DNA from: Candidatus Latescibacterota bacterium
GTDB taxonomy: Bacteria; Latescibacterota; UBA2968
DNA length: 64,000 bases
Assembly: GCA_965207885.1 (NCBI GenBank)
Contig: OZ242311.1
Coordinates: 5,440,001 to 5,504,000 of the forward strand
Direction of reading: 5' to 3'
In this document: piece by piece, positions 1 to 9,923 of the stretch
How positions within the stretch are numbered: the first letter of the stretch is position 1
Layout: the number at the start of each line of letters is the position of its first letter
Translations under genes and position numbers: made by a program
Notes under the pieces: generated by a model
The model's database searches: none
Told to the model about the DNA's origin: nothing
What the model saw: the letters and a program-made list of their open reading frames with translations, nothing else

Positions 1-773
1 CGAATGCGCTTGACATTCAAACCCATACTGCGCGCATAATTTTCCCCCAGCAACAGTGCATTGAGCGGTTTAATACACAAAAACGCCAGCAAAAGACCCA
101 GAAAAATTGCACAGATAAGCACAGGCATTTGTCGCCATGTCACACTCCCAAAACTGCCAAAAGTCCACAAAATGTACGACTGTATCTGTTCGGGAACGCT
201 AAAATAAATCAGAATACTGACAAAAGCCCCCGTCGCATATCCAAACATCAGCCCCAAAATCAGCAACGTCATCACACTCTGCACACTGCGAGAAACCAGC
301 AACACGCATCCCAGCACAGCGGCTGCACCCATAATAGCCGCAACCGCCAAACCCAAATCGCCCAGGAACCCCAACCCCGCGATAAGCGCACTACCCACCG
401 ACCCTACTGTCAGCACCACAATAGCAACGCCGAGACTCGCGCCGGCACTGATACCCAGCACAAAAGGATCCGCCAGCGGATTGCGAAAAAGCGTTTGCAT
501 CTGCAACCCACTCACAGAAAGCGCAGCACCTGCCAGCACAGCGGTAATCGCCTTGGGCAATCGAATCGTATGAACAATAATTGCCCACGCCGCAGAAGAC
601 ACCTCTCCACCCGTAAGAATGCCGAACAAGGCCACCAATGGAATATGAACCGACCCCAGCGACAAACTCAAACCGAACGCGATCAGAAGCAACAAAAATA
701 ACCCCAGCATAATAACCGCGTGCCGCGATCCCCTCTGCGCATCATCCTTATATTGAACCTCCATCCCGATCAT
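1..773 (-). CDS. FecCD/BtuC-family ABC transporter permease (3' part runs off the window)
   Basis: Not in the ORF track. Manual - strand translation from ATG 773 (or 764) gives ...RLPKAITAVLAGAALSVSGLQMQTLFRNPLADPFVLGISAGASLGVAIVVL..., the FecCD signature. It follows the ABC ATPase. Confidence 0.9.
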   Translation of the reverse strand, partial: MIGMEVQYKDDAQRGSRHAVIMLGLFLLLLIAFGLSLSLGSVHIPLVALFGILTGGEVSSAAWAIIVHTIRLPKAITAVLAGAALSVSGLQMQTLFRNPLADPFVLGISAGASLGVAIVVLTVGSVGSALIAGLGFLGDLGLAVAAIMGAAAVLGCVLLVSRSVQSVMTLLILGLMFGYATGAFVSILIYFSVPEQIQSYILWTFGSFGSVTWRQMPVLICAIFLGLLLAFLCIKPLNALLLGENYARSMGLNVKRI

Positions 774-777
774 TCTC

Positions 778-1776
778 TCATCCCCTTAGTCCCGCAATCA
801 AATCGGCAATCGAATCGTATTCCCTAACCACGCCACCGCGCTCAACACACCAGGCATCCCCTTCCCGAATATCGACACGCCACTCAGCCCCCGCATCTCC
901 CACTTGAAACCCGGCTCTCTCCAGCGCGCGTATTGTCCAATACGCGCGCCGTCCTTCCCCAGACACTGCAACTGGGGCGTGACCGCGTTGTGCATTGAGC
1001 TTAAACGCACCCGTATCCGCGTCAAAATGCACGCCATCACTCTGAAACGCATCTTCAAAAGCGCCATTGAGAATTAAATCCTCAGGCGCACCGGTCTGCA
1101 ACGCACCCTCAAAAGGCAAAAGATAAATACGGTCTGCACAGCGCAGTGCCAAATCCAAATCGTGCGTCGAAAGCAAAATCGCCTTACCCGTAGAATGTGC
1201 CAGATCCTGCAACAAAGCCATAATCTCAGCGCGGCGGGGCAGATCGAGAAAAGCCGTAGGTTCATCCAGAATCATAAGATCGGGCTGCTGCGCCAGCGCG
1301 CGTGCAATCATAACCTTTTGGCGCTCGCCATCGCTGAGTTCAGCCACATTGCGATATGTCAGATCCTCAGCGCGGGCTGCCCGAATAGCCCAGGAAACAA
1401 CCCATTCATCTTCCTCTGTAAAGCGCCCGATCCAATCCGTATGGGGATATCGCCCCAGACCGACCAGATCGCGCACAGCCATAATACCAACACCAATGCG
1501 ATCCGTCAGCACCACGCTGATCACCTGGGCAACCTCAGTAGCTGACATATCCGCAATATCCCGCCCCATAAGATAAACATGTCCATCGAGCGGCGGCTGC
1601 ATCCCCACAAGCGTGCGAATAAGCGTGGATTTGCCCGCACCATTGGGACCCAGCAAACACACAAACTCACCGCGATGAAGCGACACATCTATATCGCAAG
1701 CCACAATGCGAGGCGGACGACGGCCGTATTTGTAACCCACAGCGAGATTTTGTGTTTTGAGAATGGCTTCAGCCAC
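778..1776 (-). CDS. ABC transporter ATP-binding protein, BtuD/FepC type
   Basis: Walker A GPNGAGKST, signature LSDGERQK, Walker B MILDEPT, H-loop STHDL; lies in the B12 operon. Confidence 0.93.
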   Translation of the reverse strand: MAEAILKTQNLAVGYKYGRRPPRIVACDIDVSLHRGEFVCLLGPNGAGKSTLIRTLVGMQPPLDGHVYLMGRDIADMSATEVAQVISVVLTDRIGVGIMAVRDLVGLGRYPHTDWIGRFTEEDEWVVSWAIRAARAEDLTYRNVAELSDGERQKVMIARALAQQPDLMILDEPTAFLDLPRRAEIMALLQDLAHSTGKAILLSTHDLDLALRCADRIYLLPFEGALQTGAPEDLILNGAFEDAFQSDGVHFDADTGAFKLNAQRGHAPVAVSGEGRRAYWTIRALERAGFQVGDAGAEWRVDIREGDAWCVERGGVVREYDSIADLIAGLRG

Positions 1777-1800
1777 CGCGCACCTCTGGAATTAAAACTA

Positions 1801-2052
1801 TCATTTCAAAAGCCCAAGACGCTTAAGGTCTTCCTCTCCCCACTGAACTTGTCGCTCAATGATTGATTTGAGCGTACCGACAGCAAAGGTCTGATTCATA
1901 TTGTGGAGATGAATAGTCGTCATTCTCCCATCTGGGTGAACAAAAAAACGGGTCGCGCCTTTTCTTCTGTATTCACGGAACCCGTCTCTTGTTATTGCTC
2001 GTATCAATCTGCGTGCTGTCAATGAACGAAGCCTGCTATAATCAATCGCCAT
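1801..2052 (-). CDS. hicA: HicA-family toxin (mRNA interferase)
   Basis: 83 aa basic protein with pattern LIRAITRDGF...RRKGAT...HPDGRMTTIH...GTLKSII; adjacent to a HicB-like gene. Confidence 0.8.
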   Translation of the reverse strand: MAIDYSRLRSLTARRLIRAITRDGFREYRRKGATRFFVHPDGRMTTIHLHNMNQTFAVGTLKSIIERQVQWGEEDLKRLGLLK

Positions 2053-2053
2053 A

Positions 2054-2323
2054 TTAGATAGCTACAGTGACCAGAGGAACATCGCTAACCTGAATCTGCG
2101 AAGAAGGCTCAGAAGGGATCTCTTCTCCATTCTCCAGCAGATACGCAACAAGAAGATCAACAGCGTTTTCCAAATTCTCTAACGCCTCTTTCTCGGTATA
2201 TCCCCAACTCGCAGCCCCTCTATGCTCCAACGCGGGAATATAAGCCCTCCACACCGCTTTCGCATCCGGCTCATCGGGCCACTTGTCTCTCTCCAAGACA
2301 GCCTTAAATAAATATGTTTTCAT
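2054..2323 (-). CDS. hicB: Short HicB-family antitoxin
   Basis: Partial RNase-H-like HicB core AYIPAL..GAASWGYTEKEALENLENAVDLLV..LLENGEEIP; no C-terminal DNA-binding domain. Confidence 0.8.
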   Translation of the reverse strand: MKTYLFKAVLERDKWPDEPDAKAVWRAYIPALEHRGAASWGYTEKEALENLENAVDLLVAYLLENGEEIPSEPSSQIQVSDVPLVTVAI

Positions 2324-2398
2324 ATATTTTTCCTCAGAATGATTATTCCACGTAACCAGTTCATTGGAGATTACTGAAAAAAAAATAGGTGTGTGACC

Positions 2399-3346
2399 TC
2401 AGAAAGTCAATAAAACCACCAGCCCTGTCGCGAGCAAACAGGTAACAATAACAAAAGCACACATACGGCGCATATCCCCGGATTGACCGCCCTCTGGATC
2501 ATCCACATCGCCCAACCACACATCTGTAACCAGCGTCCCTCCCTGCCAAACAGGACCGACCAATCGCCTCTGCAAAGCGCCTGCAGCCGCGGCTTCGCTC
2601 CACCCGGAATTTGGACCCGGAACAAGCGCGTGTTGTCGCCACCCGATAAGCAATGCCTTGCGGGCAGAACATCCGGGCATAAAAAACGCCACCAGCACCA
2701 TCCCCAAATACGTCAAACGCGCCGGAATAAAATTAAGCACATCGTCCAGCCGCGCCCCACACCAGCCAAAATAGCGATATTGCGGCGTCTTAAACCCCAC
2801 CATAGAATCCATCGTACTGACCACCTTAAAAAGCACAACACCCGGCAACCCCAGTATAGCGTACCAAAAAACGGGCGACACAAAACCATCCACAGCATTC
2901 TCGCTCAAACTCTCCATACCCGCACGCCGGCAAGCCGCAAAATCCATCACATCGGTATCGCGTCCCACAAGCATAGACGCCGCCTCTCTCGCACGCTCCA
3001 GATCAGTAGCGCGATCAATCGCCAACCCGTGCTTGCACAAATCTTTGAGCGCAAGCATACTGTACAAAACAAAAACCTGGAAAATCCAACCCACCCCAGA
3101 TTGGACATCATGCAACACACAAGCCAATACACAGACAACACCCACCCAAAACGCAGCCAGCAACAAAAACAGCAAACACCCACCTGCATAACCATCCAAA
3201 CGCAGACCGCGAAGCACCCGCTCAAAAAAAGACAGCGTCGCACCCATCAAACGAATGGGATGCAACGCATAAACAGGATCGCCAAAAAGACCATCTAAAA
3301 CGACCGCGCAAAGAAGCAAAATCGGATCCGGTTCGAGAACTGTCAC
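2399..3346 (-). CDS. cbiB: Adenosylcobinamide-phosphate synthase CbiB/CobD
   Basis: Motifs LDGLFGDP..HPI, VGRDT, ESLSENAVDG, TMDSMVG, DDVLNFIPARL, PNSGWSEAA. Start placed at GTG 3346 overlapping the cbiZ stop (ATG 3352 is an alternative). Confidence 0.93.
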   Translation of the reverse strand: MTVLEPDPILLLCAVVLDGLFGDPVYALHPIRLMGATLSFFERVLRGLRLDGYAGGCLLFLLLAAFWVGVVCVLACVLHDVQSGVGWIFQVFVLYSMLALKDLCKHGLAIDRATDLERAREAASMLVGRDTDVMDFAACRRAGMESLSENAVDGFVSPVFWYAILGLPGVVLFKVVSTMDSMVGFKTPQYRYFGWCGARLDDVLNFIPARLTYLGMVLVAFFMPGCSARKALLIGWRQHALVPGPNSGWSEAAAAGALQRRLVGPVWQGGTLVTDVWLGDVDDPEGGQSGDMRRMCAFVIVTCLLATGLVVLLTF

Positions 3347-4461
3347 GTCCATTTCAAACGCCATCCAAGCGCGAATGCATCGTAAACAACCTCCAAAAAT
3401 GCGTTTTCTTCCACGCGCAACTGCTCGTAACACGACAACCAGACATCTGGTCTCGCCGCCAACGAAGTCGCCAATATCGCTGCCTGCTGACGCAACACTG
3501 GATCTGCCAGAGCATGTGAAAGCGTCCCATACCGCACCCGGTCCCAAACCGCTGCAAACCCATAAGCCGCCGCCGAAACGCGCGGTTCGTAAACAACAGA
3601 CTTGAGATTCTTCTTCAACAACGCAAAATCACCCGCTTTTAGCCGTCTCTCCATCGCCTGCAAAAAACGGTCCTCTCTAAATCCAAACCGCTTCAACGCG
3701 TGAAAAACACTACGCGTATAAGACCCTTCCAAACCGTTTTGCCATCGCAGTGCCTCCAGCGTGGCCCTGCGCACAGACTTGCCGATCAACTCGCCCAATT
3801 TTGCGTGATGCCCCGCATTGGTCTTGGACACCCGTGTCTTGTCCAAAGGCGCGGCAATACAGTACTGGTCTGTACCAGTACCCGTTGCGAGATCCTGAGA
3901 ATAGCGACTCGAAACAGCGAGATCTCGAAGCGCGGCAGACTTTCCCTCGGTCATCGTCACCACCGCCCGCGCCATCGCCCCTGGCGTAAGCGGCCAATTG
4001 ATAAACACCATCGCATTGATCGTACCTTCATGAAGATGGCGCCACCCGGCATCCTCTTCGTGCCAACTCGCCCCATCGCCCGCACACCCCGCATTGCCCT
4101 CAACACCTGCGGTAACAACTGCACACACGCGCAACTCGGCATGCGTATCCACAACGCGAGCCGCATAATGCATATTCGCAGCCGTACCCATCAGCGCAAC
4201 CGCGTCCGGCGGCAAACCGCGTTCTGCACAGACATGGCGATGATAGCCCACCTCACCCAGTTGCTTAATCAACGCAAACCGCGCATCGTGCCCATTGCCC
4301 TCACAACTCTGGTGATTCACCAGATATCGGATACCCTCGCACAAACCACCGCGATATGCCGACGTACTCAGCACCTGATGCGGCACCAGTAATTCCGCGA
4401 TCAAAAAACGCCCATCGCGCTTCAAATCGTAATATTCATGCCGATCGATAAACTCATCCAT
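3343..4461 (-). CDS. cbiZ: Adenosylcobinamide amidohydrolase CbiZ
   Basis: Motifs MGTAANM, VTAGVEGNA, GTIN, TEGKSAAL, ATGTGTDQ, GHHAKLGELIG; B12 operon context. Confidence 0.9.
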   Translation of the reverse strand: MDEFIDRHEYYDLKRDGRFLIAELLVPHQVLSTSAYRGGLCEGIRYLVNHQSCEGNGHDARFALIKQLGEVGYHRHVCAERGLPPDAVALMGTAANMHYAARVVDTHAELRVCAVVTAGVEGNAGCAGDGASWHEEDAGWRHLHEGTINAMVFINWPLTPGAMARAVVTMTEGKSAALRDLAVSSRYSQDLATGTGTDQYCIAAPLDKTRVSKTNAGHHAKLGELIGKSVRRATLEALRWQNGLEGSYTRSVFHALKRFGFREDRFLQAMERRLKAGDFALLKKNLKSVVYEPRVSAAAYGFAAVWDRVRYGTLSHALADPVLRQQAAILATSLAARPDVWLSCYEQLRVEENAFLEVVYDAFALGWRLKWT

Positions 4462-4462
4462 C

Positions 4463-5014
4463 TCAAAAATCAATCCCGGGTTGCGCAACAATACCCTGAT
4501 CACTGAACGGATGCTTAACCTCGCGCATCTCTGTCACCATATCGGCAAAATCAACCAACGTATCGGGCGCATCCCGCCCCGTAATAATCACATGCAACAT
4601 CTCGGGCTTATGCTCCCGCAGCCAATCCACCACCTCTGTTGCATCCAACCATCCAAAAGCCATCAAATACGTAAACTCATCCAGAATAAACAGATCGTAA
4701 TCTCCACTTACAATTCGCTCCTGCGCCACCTCCCAACCGCGCAATGCCCGAGCCTGTGACTCATCGATATCCTTGCTCGTCCACGTCCATCCATCGCCCG
4801 TACCAATCCAATCGATCTCCATGCGCCTGGCCGCGCGAATCTCGCCAAAATTGGCATTCTCGTGCTTCAAAAACTGAATCACGCCCACACGCATCTTGCG
4901 CCCCCATGCGCGGGTCATCACCCCCAGTGCCGCCGTGGTCTTGCCCTTGCCATCTCCGGTATTGACCATCACCAGACCCTTTTTCACATGCCGTTTTCGT
5001 TGTCTGGTACTCAT
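4463..5014 (-). CDS. cobO: Cob(I)yrinic acid a,c-diamide adenosyltransferase CobO/BtuR
   Basis: [40 protein letters not shown]...AQPGIDF; start set at MSTRQ. Confidence 0.95.
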   Translation of the reverse strand: MSTRQRKRHVKKGLVMVNTGDGKGKTTAALGVMTRAWGRKMRVGVIQFLKHENANFGEIRAARRMEIDWIGTGDGWTWTSKDIDESQARALRGWEVAQERIVSGDYDLFILDEFTYLMAFGWLDATEVVDWLREHKPEMLHVIITGRDAPDTLVDFADMVTEMREVKHPFSDQGIVAQPGIDF

Positions 5015-5048
5015 ACAAACCTCTCTTTTGAACGCGGATACAGGCTTT

Positions 5049-6281
5049 TTATTCCCCTTCAAATTCCGAAACAAAAATCAGAAAATCGGGAAAATCGACC
5101 GAACCATTGCCATCCAAATCGAACATAGCATCACTCGCTGCTTTCCCAAACGCGGAAGCAAAAGCCAAAAAATCGCTAAAATCAACCACACAATCGCCAT
5201 TAAAATCAGCCACACTGCCCACAAACGCAATACCCGAAGGCGGTAGTCCCGTATTGATCGGACCAGCCACAAGCGCATCCGTCTTCACATCATAAACCCG
5301 CACCCCCGCAGATGTCGGATCCACAAAACTCCCTCGATCCAAAACGTACAACCGTCCTCCAAATACTCCCAGACTCGGCACAAATCCGCCTGAAAGACCA
5401 CTCAAACCCGACGATACAGACTGCATCGCCAAATCAAATCGTTTGACAATATTGGCAAAATTTACATCTAAAACAACGACATACCCCTCGTCATCGGAAA
5501 CCATCGCCAGAGAACTCAGATTGCCGCCCAAAGCCATCTCACCAAGAACAACGCCATCGCTCCTCAAATTTGCCAGATCAATCACCTCAATCCCACCATC
5601 CGTCAAATCATCGAACGTATTGACCGCGCTCAAAAACCACTTATTTCCTCTCTGCACAGCGCCCGCGGGATTCTTACCCACCATCACAATCCCCTGCACA
5701 CCCGCTGTATTTGCATCCACATCCACCACCTGATCCGTCATCACATCAACAACCGCAATCACCGAAACATCCGTCGGCACCCACCCATTATCTCGATCCA
5801 GCCGCTGACACGCGGCAAACAAATGATTGCCGTACAACGCGAGTTGAGATACTTCGGGCAAACCATCCGCATCCGCAAAACCCGATAAATCCACCGCACC
5901 CAATGAATCCCCCGTAACGGGATTTACAATCAGCAATTGCGTGCGCTCATACCGCGAAATATACGCTTTCTCCTCGCTGACAAAAACCATATCGTGCGGA
6001 TTTGAACCATTGCCCGTCGAATACTGCGTCAAAGGCATCTTCAGATCACTGCGATTCAAAACAATCACATTATCCTGTCCCAGACGATTGATAATATACA
6101 CCTTATCCCGATACGTCCGCACCGCTGCATCCGAATGAATAGTCAGATGATCCTGCGTTGCCGTATTTGTATTGAGATCCAGACTCGAAAAACTACCACT
6201 GCTATAATCCGTCGTCGTAATAACCGCTTGATTTGCCAGTACATCTGTTGCAAAAAACAGAACGACTAAAAACCACCTCAT
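5049..6281 (-). CDS. Secreted YncE/BtuG-like beta-propeller with C-terminal dockerin/EF-hand-like domain
   Basis: Signal peptide; repeated blade motifs ([40 protein letters not shown]); tail [16 protein letters not shown]...[16 protein letters not shown]; directly downstream of the BtuB-like gene. Confidence 0.7.
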   Translation of the reverse strand: MRWFLVVLFFATDVLANQAVITTTDYSSGSFSSLDLNTNTATQDHLTIHSDAAVRTYRDKVYIINRLGQDNVIVLNRSDLKMPLTQYSTGNGSNPHDMVFVSEEKAYISRYERTQLLIVNPVTGDSLGAVDLSGFADADGLPEVSQLALYGNHLFAACQRLDRDNGWVPTDVSVIAVVDVMTDQVVDVDANTAGVQGIVMVGKNPAGAVQRGNKWFLSAVNTFDDLTDGGIEVIDLANLRSDGVVLGEMALGGNLSSLAMVSDDEGYVVVLDVNFANIVKRFDLAMQSVSSGLSGLSGGFVPSLGVFGGRLYVLDRGSFVDPTSAGVRVYDVKTDALVAGPINTGLPPSGIAFVGSVADFNGDCVVDFSDFLAFASAFGKAASDAMFDLDGNGSVDFPDFLIFVSEFEGE

Positions 6282-6307
6282 TACATCCTCCTATGTTAAA
6301 AATTTAT

Positions 6308-8503
6308 TTAATCCGCATTCACACGCACAAAAACCGCGCGCCCTGGTAGCGGATAACCCCAGGTATCGGCGATTTGTGCTCCGGTTAAATTTTTTACCTC
6401 CAATCCAATGTGAAACCGCAGCCCCGTATCCACCTTCACACCCGCATTGTGAACATGCCGCGATAATAACGGGCGTCGATTTGCTTGATCCAAAAAATTG
6501 CCATCTTCAAATGCATAATCGTAAAACGCAGTACAGCGTCCCAGACGCATTGTCGCGCGAACAAACAGCGCGTGTGGCGGGCGATTGGGCAAAATATTGC
6601 CAGTCAAATGGGGAATATTGGACTTATCGGTGGCCTTTTGATACGTGTAATTACCCGACAGATCGGCCCGAGAACCAAAGCGTCTCTGCGCGGTCATCTC
6701 AAACCCATACACACGCGCTTTGCCAATATTAACCGGACGCGACGTAGCCTGTGACGTGTGAACAAACTGGATCAAATCCTCATAGCGATGGTCAAAAAAC
6801 GCACCTTCCAAAGTGGTCGTACCATCTGCATAACGCAGACCCGCATCCCATGTAAGACCATACTCCGGCCTGAGATTGACATTGCCGACCACACCGCCGC
6901 GATCGCCAAAAAGCTCGTAAAAAGAAGGCACGCGAAATACGCGCCCCGCATTGGCCTTAAACATCAGATGAGAGGCCAGATCAAAACGCACACCCGAACG
7001 CAGACTGGTGAGACTGCGCGCATTGGCCGAATCGGGTGCGAGCGGCGAAAAATTAAAAGGATTCGCACCGGTAAACGAACTGTATATCCGCCGTTGCTCC
7101 ACGCCAAAAGACCAGATACCCATCTCACCCGGCAGTGAAATATCCACACCCATACGCGCGACAAAAACCCACCGCTGACTATCGAACAAATTGGAGGTGG
7201 ACCGAAGACGCGCCGTAGGCAAATAAGTCTCCCTGTGCAACCCAATCGCAGCCGCAATATCACAGCGCGAAAACAAAACCGTTTGCAAACGCCCCTGCCA
7301 TCCATAAGTACGCGTGAGATAATCGTTATCCTGGCGACCAATCCCAACTTCGCCATCCAGATCGCGGAACCGCTCTTTGACATGCGTGACATAAAGCGAT
7401 TGCCGCGTATTTATACCTCGCAAAAGAACGCGATCTTCATAAGCGGCTTCCGTCATCGTCTGGAAAACATCAAAATGTGCATTCTGCGACTGATTATTGC
7501 TAATACCGGGCATACCCTGATATTTCCAATACACAGTCTCGTGGAAGGATAAAATTCTATCCTCCCCAAAAGCGCGACGCCATTTGCCCAAAAGATTAAA
7601 AGATCGATGATCGTTATTCTGACGCCTGCTCCAAACATCGTCACTGTCATTGTATTCCGTCCCATTATCATCGAGAAATCCGAAATCGTTATCGCTATGT
7701 GCATAATCAGCCACAACGAGAAACTCCGACTGACCAAACCCACCCGCGAACACACCACTTAATAACCGCGTATCAAAAGCTCCCCACGACCCTCGAATCC
7801 CATGAAACCATCGTCCCTGCGTCTGTCGCGTACGCACATGCACCGTGCCCCCCAGACCATTGCCGCCAGCACCTGCACCGCGGTACACCTCAATCTGCCC
7901 GACGTGAGCCAGTGGCAAATTGCTGAGATCTACCCCCCCACCAAAAGCGGTATTGAGCAAAATGCCATCGAGATAGACCTCAACCTGATCGGCTGATGAA
8001 CCGCGCAGCGAAAGCGTGCTAAAAGCACCCAGTCCACCGAGACGCTTGACGTGTACCCCCGTGGCCTCAGCCAATACATCTGGCAACGTTGTCTCTCTAC
8101 CTTCAAAACTTTCGCGCGTAATAACAGTCGCATACGCTGGATTCCTGTGAATATCACTGGCACCTATCGGATCGGCAATCACCGAAAACTCATCAAGGGG
8201 AAGGGTCCTGAGAGACAGCGCAATAAAAACCTCAGCCGTCTCGGCCACCTGAACCGTACGCCGCACCTCATCGTAAGCCACATGAGTCATGACAAGCGTA
8301 TAAGCACCCGGCATCAAATCAAAAAAAACAAAACGCCCATCGCCATCCGTCTGCGTCACAAAATCCGTATTGAGAATGCGAACACGCGCATTAGCGATGG
8401 GAATCTCGCTCTCCGCATCAATAACGCGACCAACAATCTGCGCTCCCCAAAGCGGCGTATTCGCGCAAAGAATTAAAAAAATGAAAAAACGCATCATTTT
8501 CAT
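6308..8503 (-). CDS. TonB-dependent receptor, BtuB-like
   Basis: N-terminal CarboxypepD_reg-like domain; plug SLRGSSADQVEVYLDG...QIEVYRG; barrel FRVPSFYELF, NLRPE, GYPLPGR; downstream of the cobalamin riboswitch. Confidence 0.9.
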   Translation of the reverse strand: MKMMRFFIFLILCANTPLWGAQIVGRVIDAESEIPIANARVRILNTDFVTQTDGDGRFVFFDLMPGAYTLVMTHVAYDEVRRTVQVAETAEVFIALSLRTLPLDEFSVIADPIGASDIHRNPAYATVITRESFEGRETTLPDVLAEATGVHVKRLGGLGAFSTLSLRGSSADQVEVYLDGILLNTAFGGGVDLSNLPLAHVGQIEVYRGAGAGGNGLGGTVHVRTRQTQGRWFHGIRGSWGAFDTRLLSGVFAGGFGQSEFLVVADYAHSDNDFGFLDDNGTEYNDSDDVWSRRQNNDHRSFNLLGKWRRAFGEDRILSFHETVYWKYQGMPGISNNQSQNAHFDVFQTMTEAAYEDRVLLRGINTRQSLYVTHVKERFRDLDGEVGIGRQDNDYLTRTYGWQGRLQTVLFSRCDIAAAIGLHRETYLPTARLRSTSNLFDSQRWVFVARMGVDISLPGEMGIWSFGVEQRRIYSSFTGANPFNFSPLAPDSANARSLTSLRSGVRFDLASHLMFKANAGRVFRVPSFYELFGDRGGVVGNVNLRPEYGLTWDAGLRYADGTTTLEGAFFDHRYEDLIQFVHTSQATSRPVNIGKARVYGFEMTAQRRFGSRADLSGNYTYQKATDKSNIPHLTGNILPNRPPHALFVRATMRLGRCTAFYDYAFEDGNFLDQANRRPLLSRHVHNAGVKVDTGLRFHIGLEVKNLTGAQIADTWGYPLPGRAVFVRVNAD

Positions 8504-8506
8504 AAG

Positions 8507-9625
8507 CTATGGATCGAGCTTTCGATAGTACTTGAGTTGATGATTCGGCAACAAATTGGAATACAAAATTTTAATAATATCAGCCAACACAACATCTGGC
8601 TCAATAAGCCCCGTCTCCCAATAATCATTACCCCCATGCGCATTCAGACGCGCATTCGCATTGAAAACATTGCCCGTCTCAAACGCCGTGAATTTTCTGT
8701 AACGCGCATCCTCGGCAACAACATCGCCTCGAGAAAACCACTCATTTCTCATCGTAATCCAACAATCCGCATCGTGTGCCTTTTCGTAAACCGTTTCAAA
8801 ATCAAGCGCCAAACTCTGCCGTGAATCATCATCTCCCCACAGATAATTCGCCCTCGCATCCCTGAGCAACTGCGCGGGATAGGTATTGCCCCCCGACATA
8901 AACCAGGTCCCGCGCCAGAGAGACCCAACAAAAACAGTGGGACGCTTATCTGCTGGCAAATTCTGGACCAACGCTCTACGCGCTTCATACCTCACAACAA
9001 TGCTATCAAATTGGGCAGATGCCAGCCCTTCTTTCTGAAAAAAAGCACCCACAAATTTGATCCACTCGACGCGCCCCAGCAACGAAGGTTCCGCATATGC
9101 AGCATTAATAACAACAGGCACACCCGCTTCTTGAAGTGCGAGCAGCGCATTATCCTGTGATTGCGCATCTGTCATAACGAGATCGGGTTGAAGCACCAGA
9201 ACTCTTTCCAAATCAATAGCCCTATCTCGCCCAACTTCGACCAACTCACCCGCCGCAAAGCGCTGTTTGACAGCCTCTGAATTGACAAATTTGATATTAT
9301 CAATCCCAATCAGGCTATGAACCTCACCGAGCTTTTCGACATGTGGCAAATGCGTCGTAGATGTCGTAATCAAAGTCCGCACGGGAACTTCTATTCTCGG
9401 CACACCTTCATAGCCATCGGGCGACTCGTGCCCGCGCTGCACCAGGACATACTGAACCTTTTCCCGCTCTCCACTCCCGGGCGCAAGCACTGTTACAACC
9501 CTGTAATCATCGAAATAATCAACGCGAAAACCCTGTGCATATTGCAAAGACAACTGCGCCTGAACAGGTATGATCCAAACTCCGATACAACATATCATCT
9601 GCATCCATATTCTTAGATTCAACAC
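8507..9625 (-). CDS. ABC transporter substrate-binding protein, BtuF/Fe-siderophore class
   Basis: PVRTLITTSTT, DLERVLVLQPDLV, EPSLLGRVEWIKF, NDYWETG..EPDVVLAD; first gene after the riboswitch. Confidence 0.88.
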   Translation of the reverse strand: MLNLRIWMQMICCIGVWIIPVQAQLSLQYAQGFRVDYFDDYRVVTVLAPGSGEREKVQYVLVQRGHESPDGYEGVPRIEVPVRTLITTSTTHLPHVEKLGEVHSLIGIDNIKFVNSEAVKQRFAAGELVEVGRDRAIDLERVLVLQPDLVMTDAQSQDNALLALQEAGVPVVINAAYAEPSLLGRVEWIKFVGAFFQKEGLASAQFDSIVVRYEARRALVQNLPADKRPTVFVGSLWRGTWFMSGGNTYPAQLLRDARANYLWGDDDSRQSLALDFETVYEKAHDADCWITMRNEWFSRGDVVAEDARYRKFTAFETGNVFNANARLNAHGGNDYWETGLIEPDVVLADIIKILYSNLLPNHQLKYYRKLDP

Positions 9626-9636
9626 ACACCTCGCAC

Positions 9637-9671
9637 AAAAAAATCCCTGACTTCCTTGTAGAAATCAGGGA
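9637..9671 (-). terminator. Riboswitch expression-platform intrinsic terminator
   Basis: - strand TCCCTGATTTC-tacaag-GAAGTCAGGGA followed by T7, just before the btuF-like RBS. Confidence 0.8.
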
Positions 9672-9751
9672 CATAGCTAAACGCGACAAAACCACATAGC
9701 GCACGCATTATCTCACCTTTTTCCCAATCCACGAGGAAATCAATAAGGCCT

Positions 9752-9905
9752 GAGATTCGGGCAGGTCTTCTGGCTTCTGGGTCTCGTGCGCCTCGCGCCT
9801 TCCCGGTTTTTCACCAGTGGCATATAGTGCGAGAAACATCCCCAGTTACAGCGGCGGGACCGCAACGGATTCTCACCGTTTTCCCTATACTGCAACCCAA
9901 ATCCA
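9752..9905 (-). ncRNA. Cobalamin (AdoCbl) riboswitch
   Basis: - strand AGGGAAAACGGTGAGAATCCGTTGCGGTCCCGCCGCTGTAA...GCCACTG...CCGGGAAGG...AGCCAGAAGACCTGCC (B12 box); lies upstream of corrinoid genes. Ends approximate. Confidence 0.95.
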
Positions 9906-9923
9906 TGTTTTATGACATTTTAT

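Noticed and set aside
129-701. 190-aa + strand ORF
   Set aside because: Antisense shadow of the FecCD permease; low-complexity Q/H/R composition.
3347-3547. N-terminal extension of cbiB
   Set aside because: It overlaps the cbiZ coding region; CbiB similarity starts near 3346.
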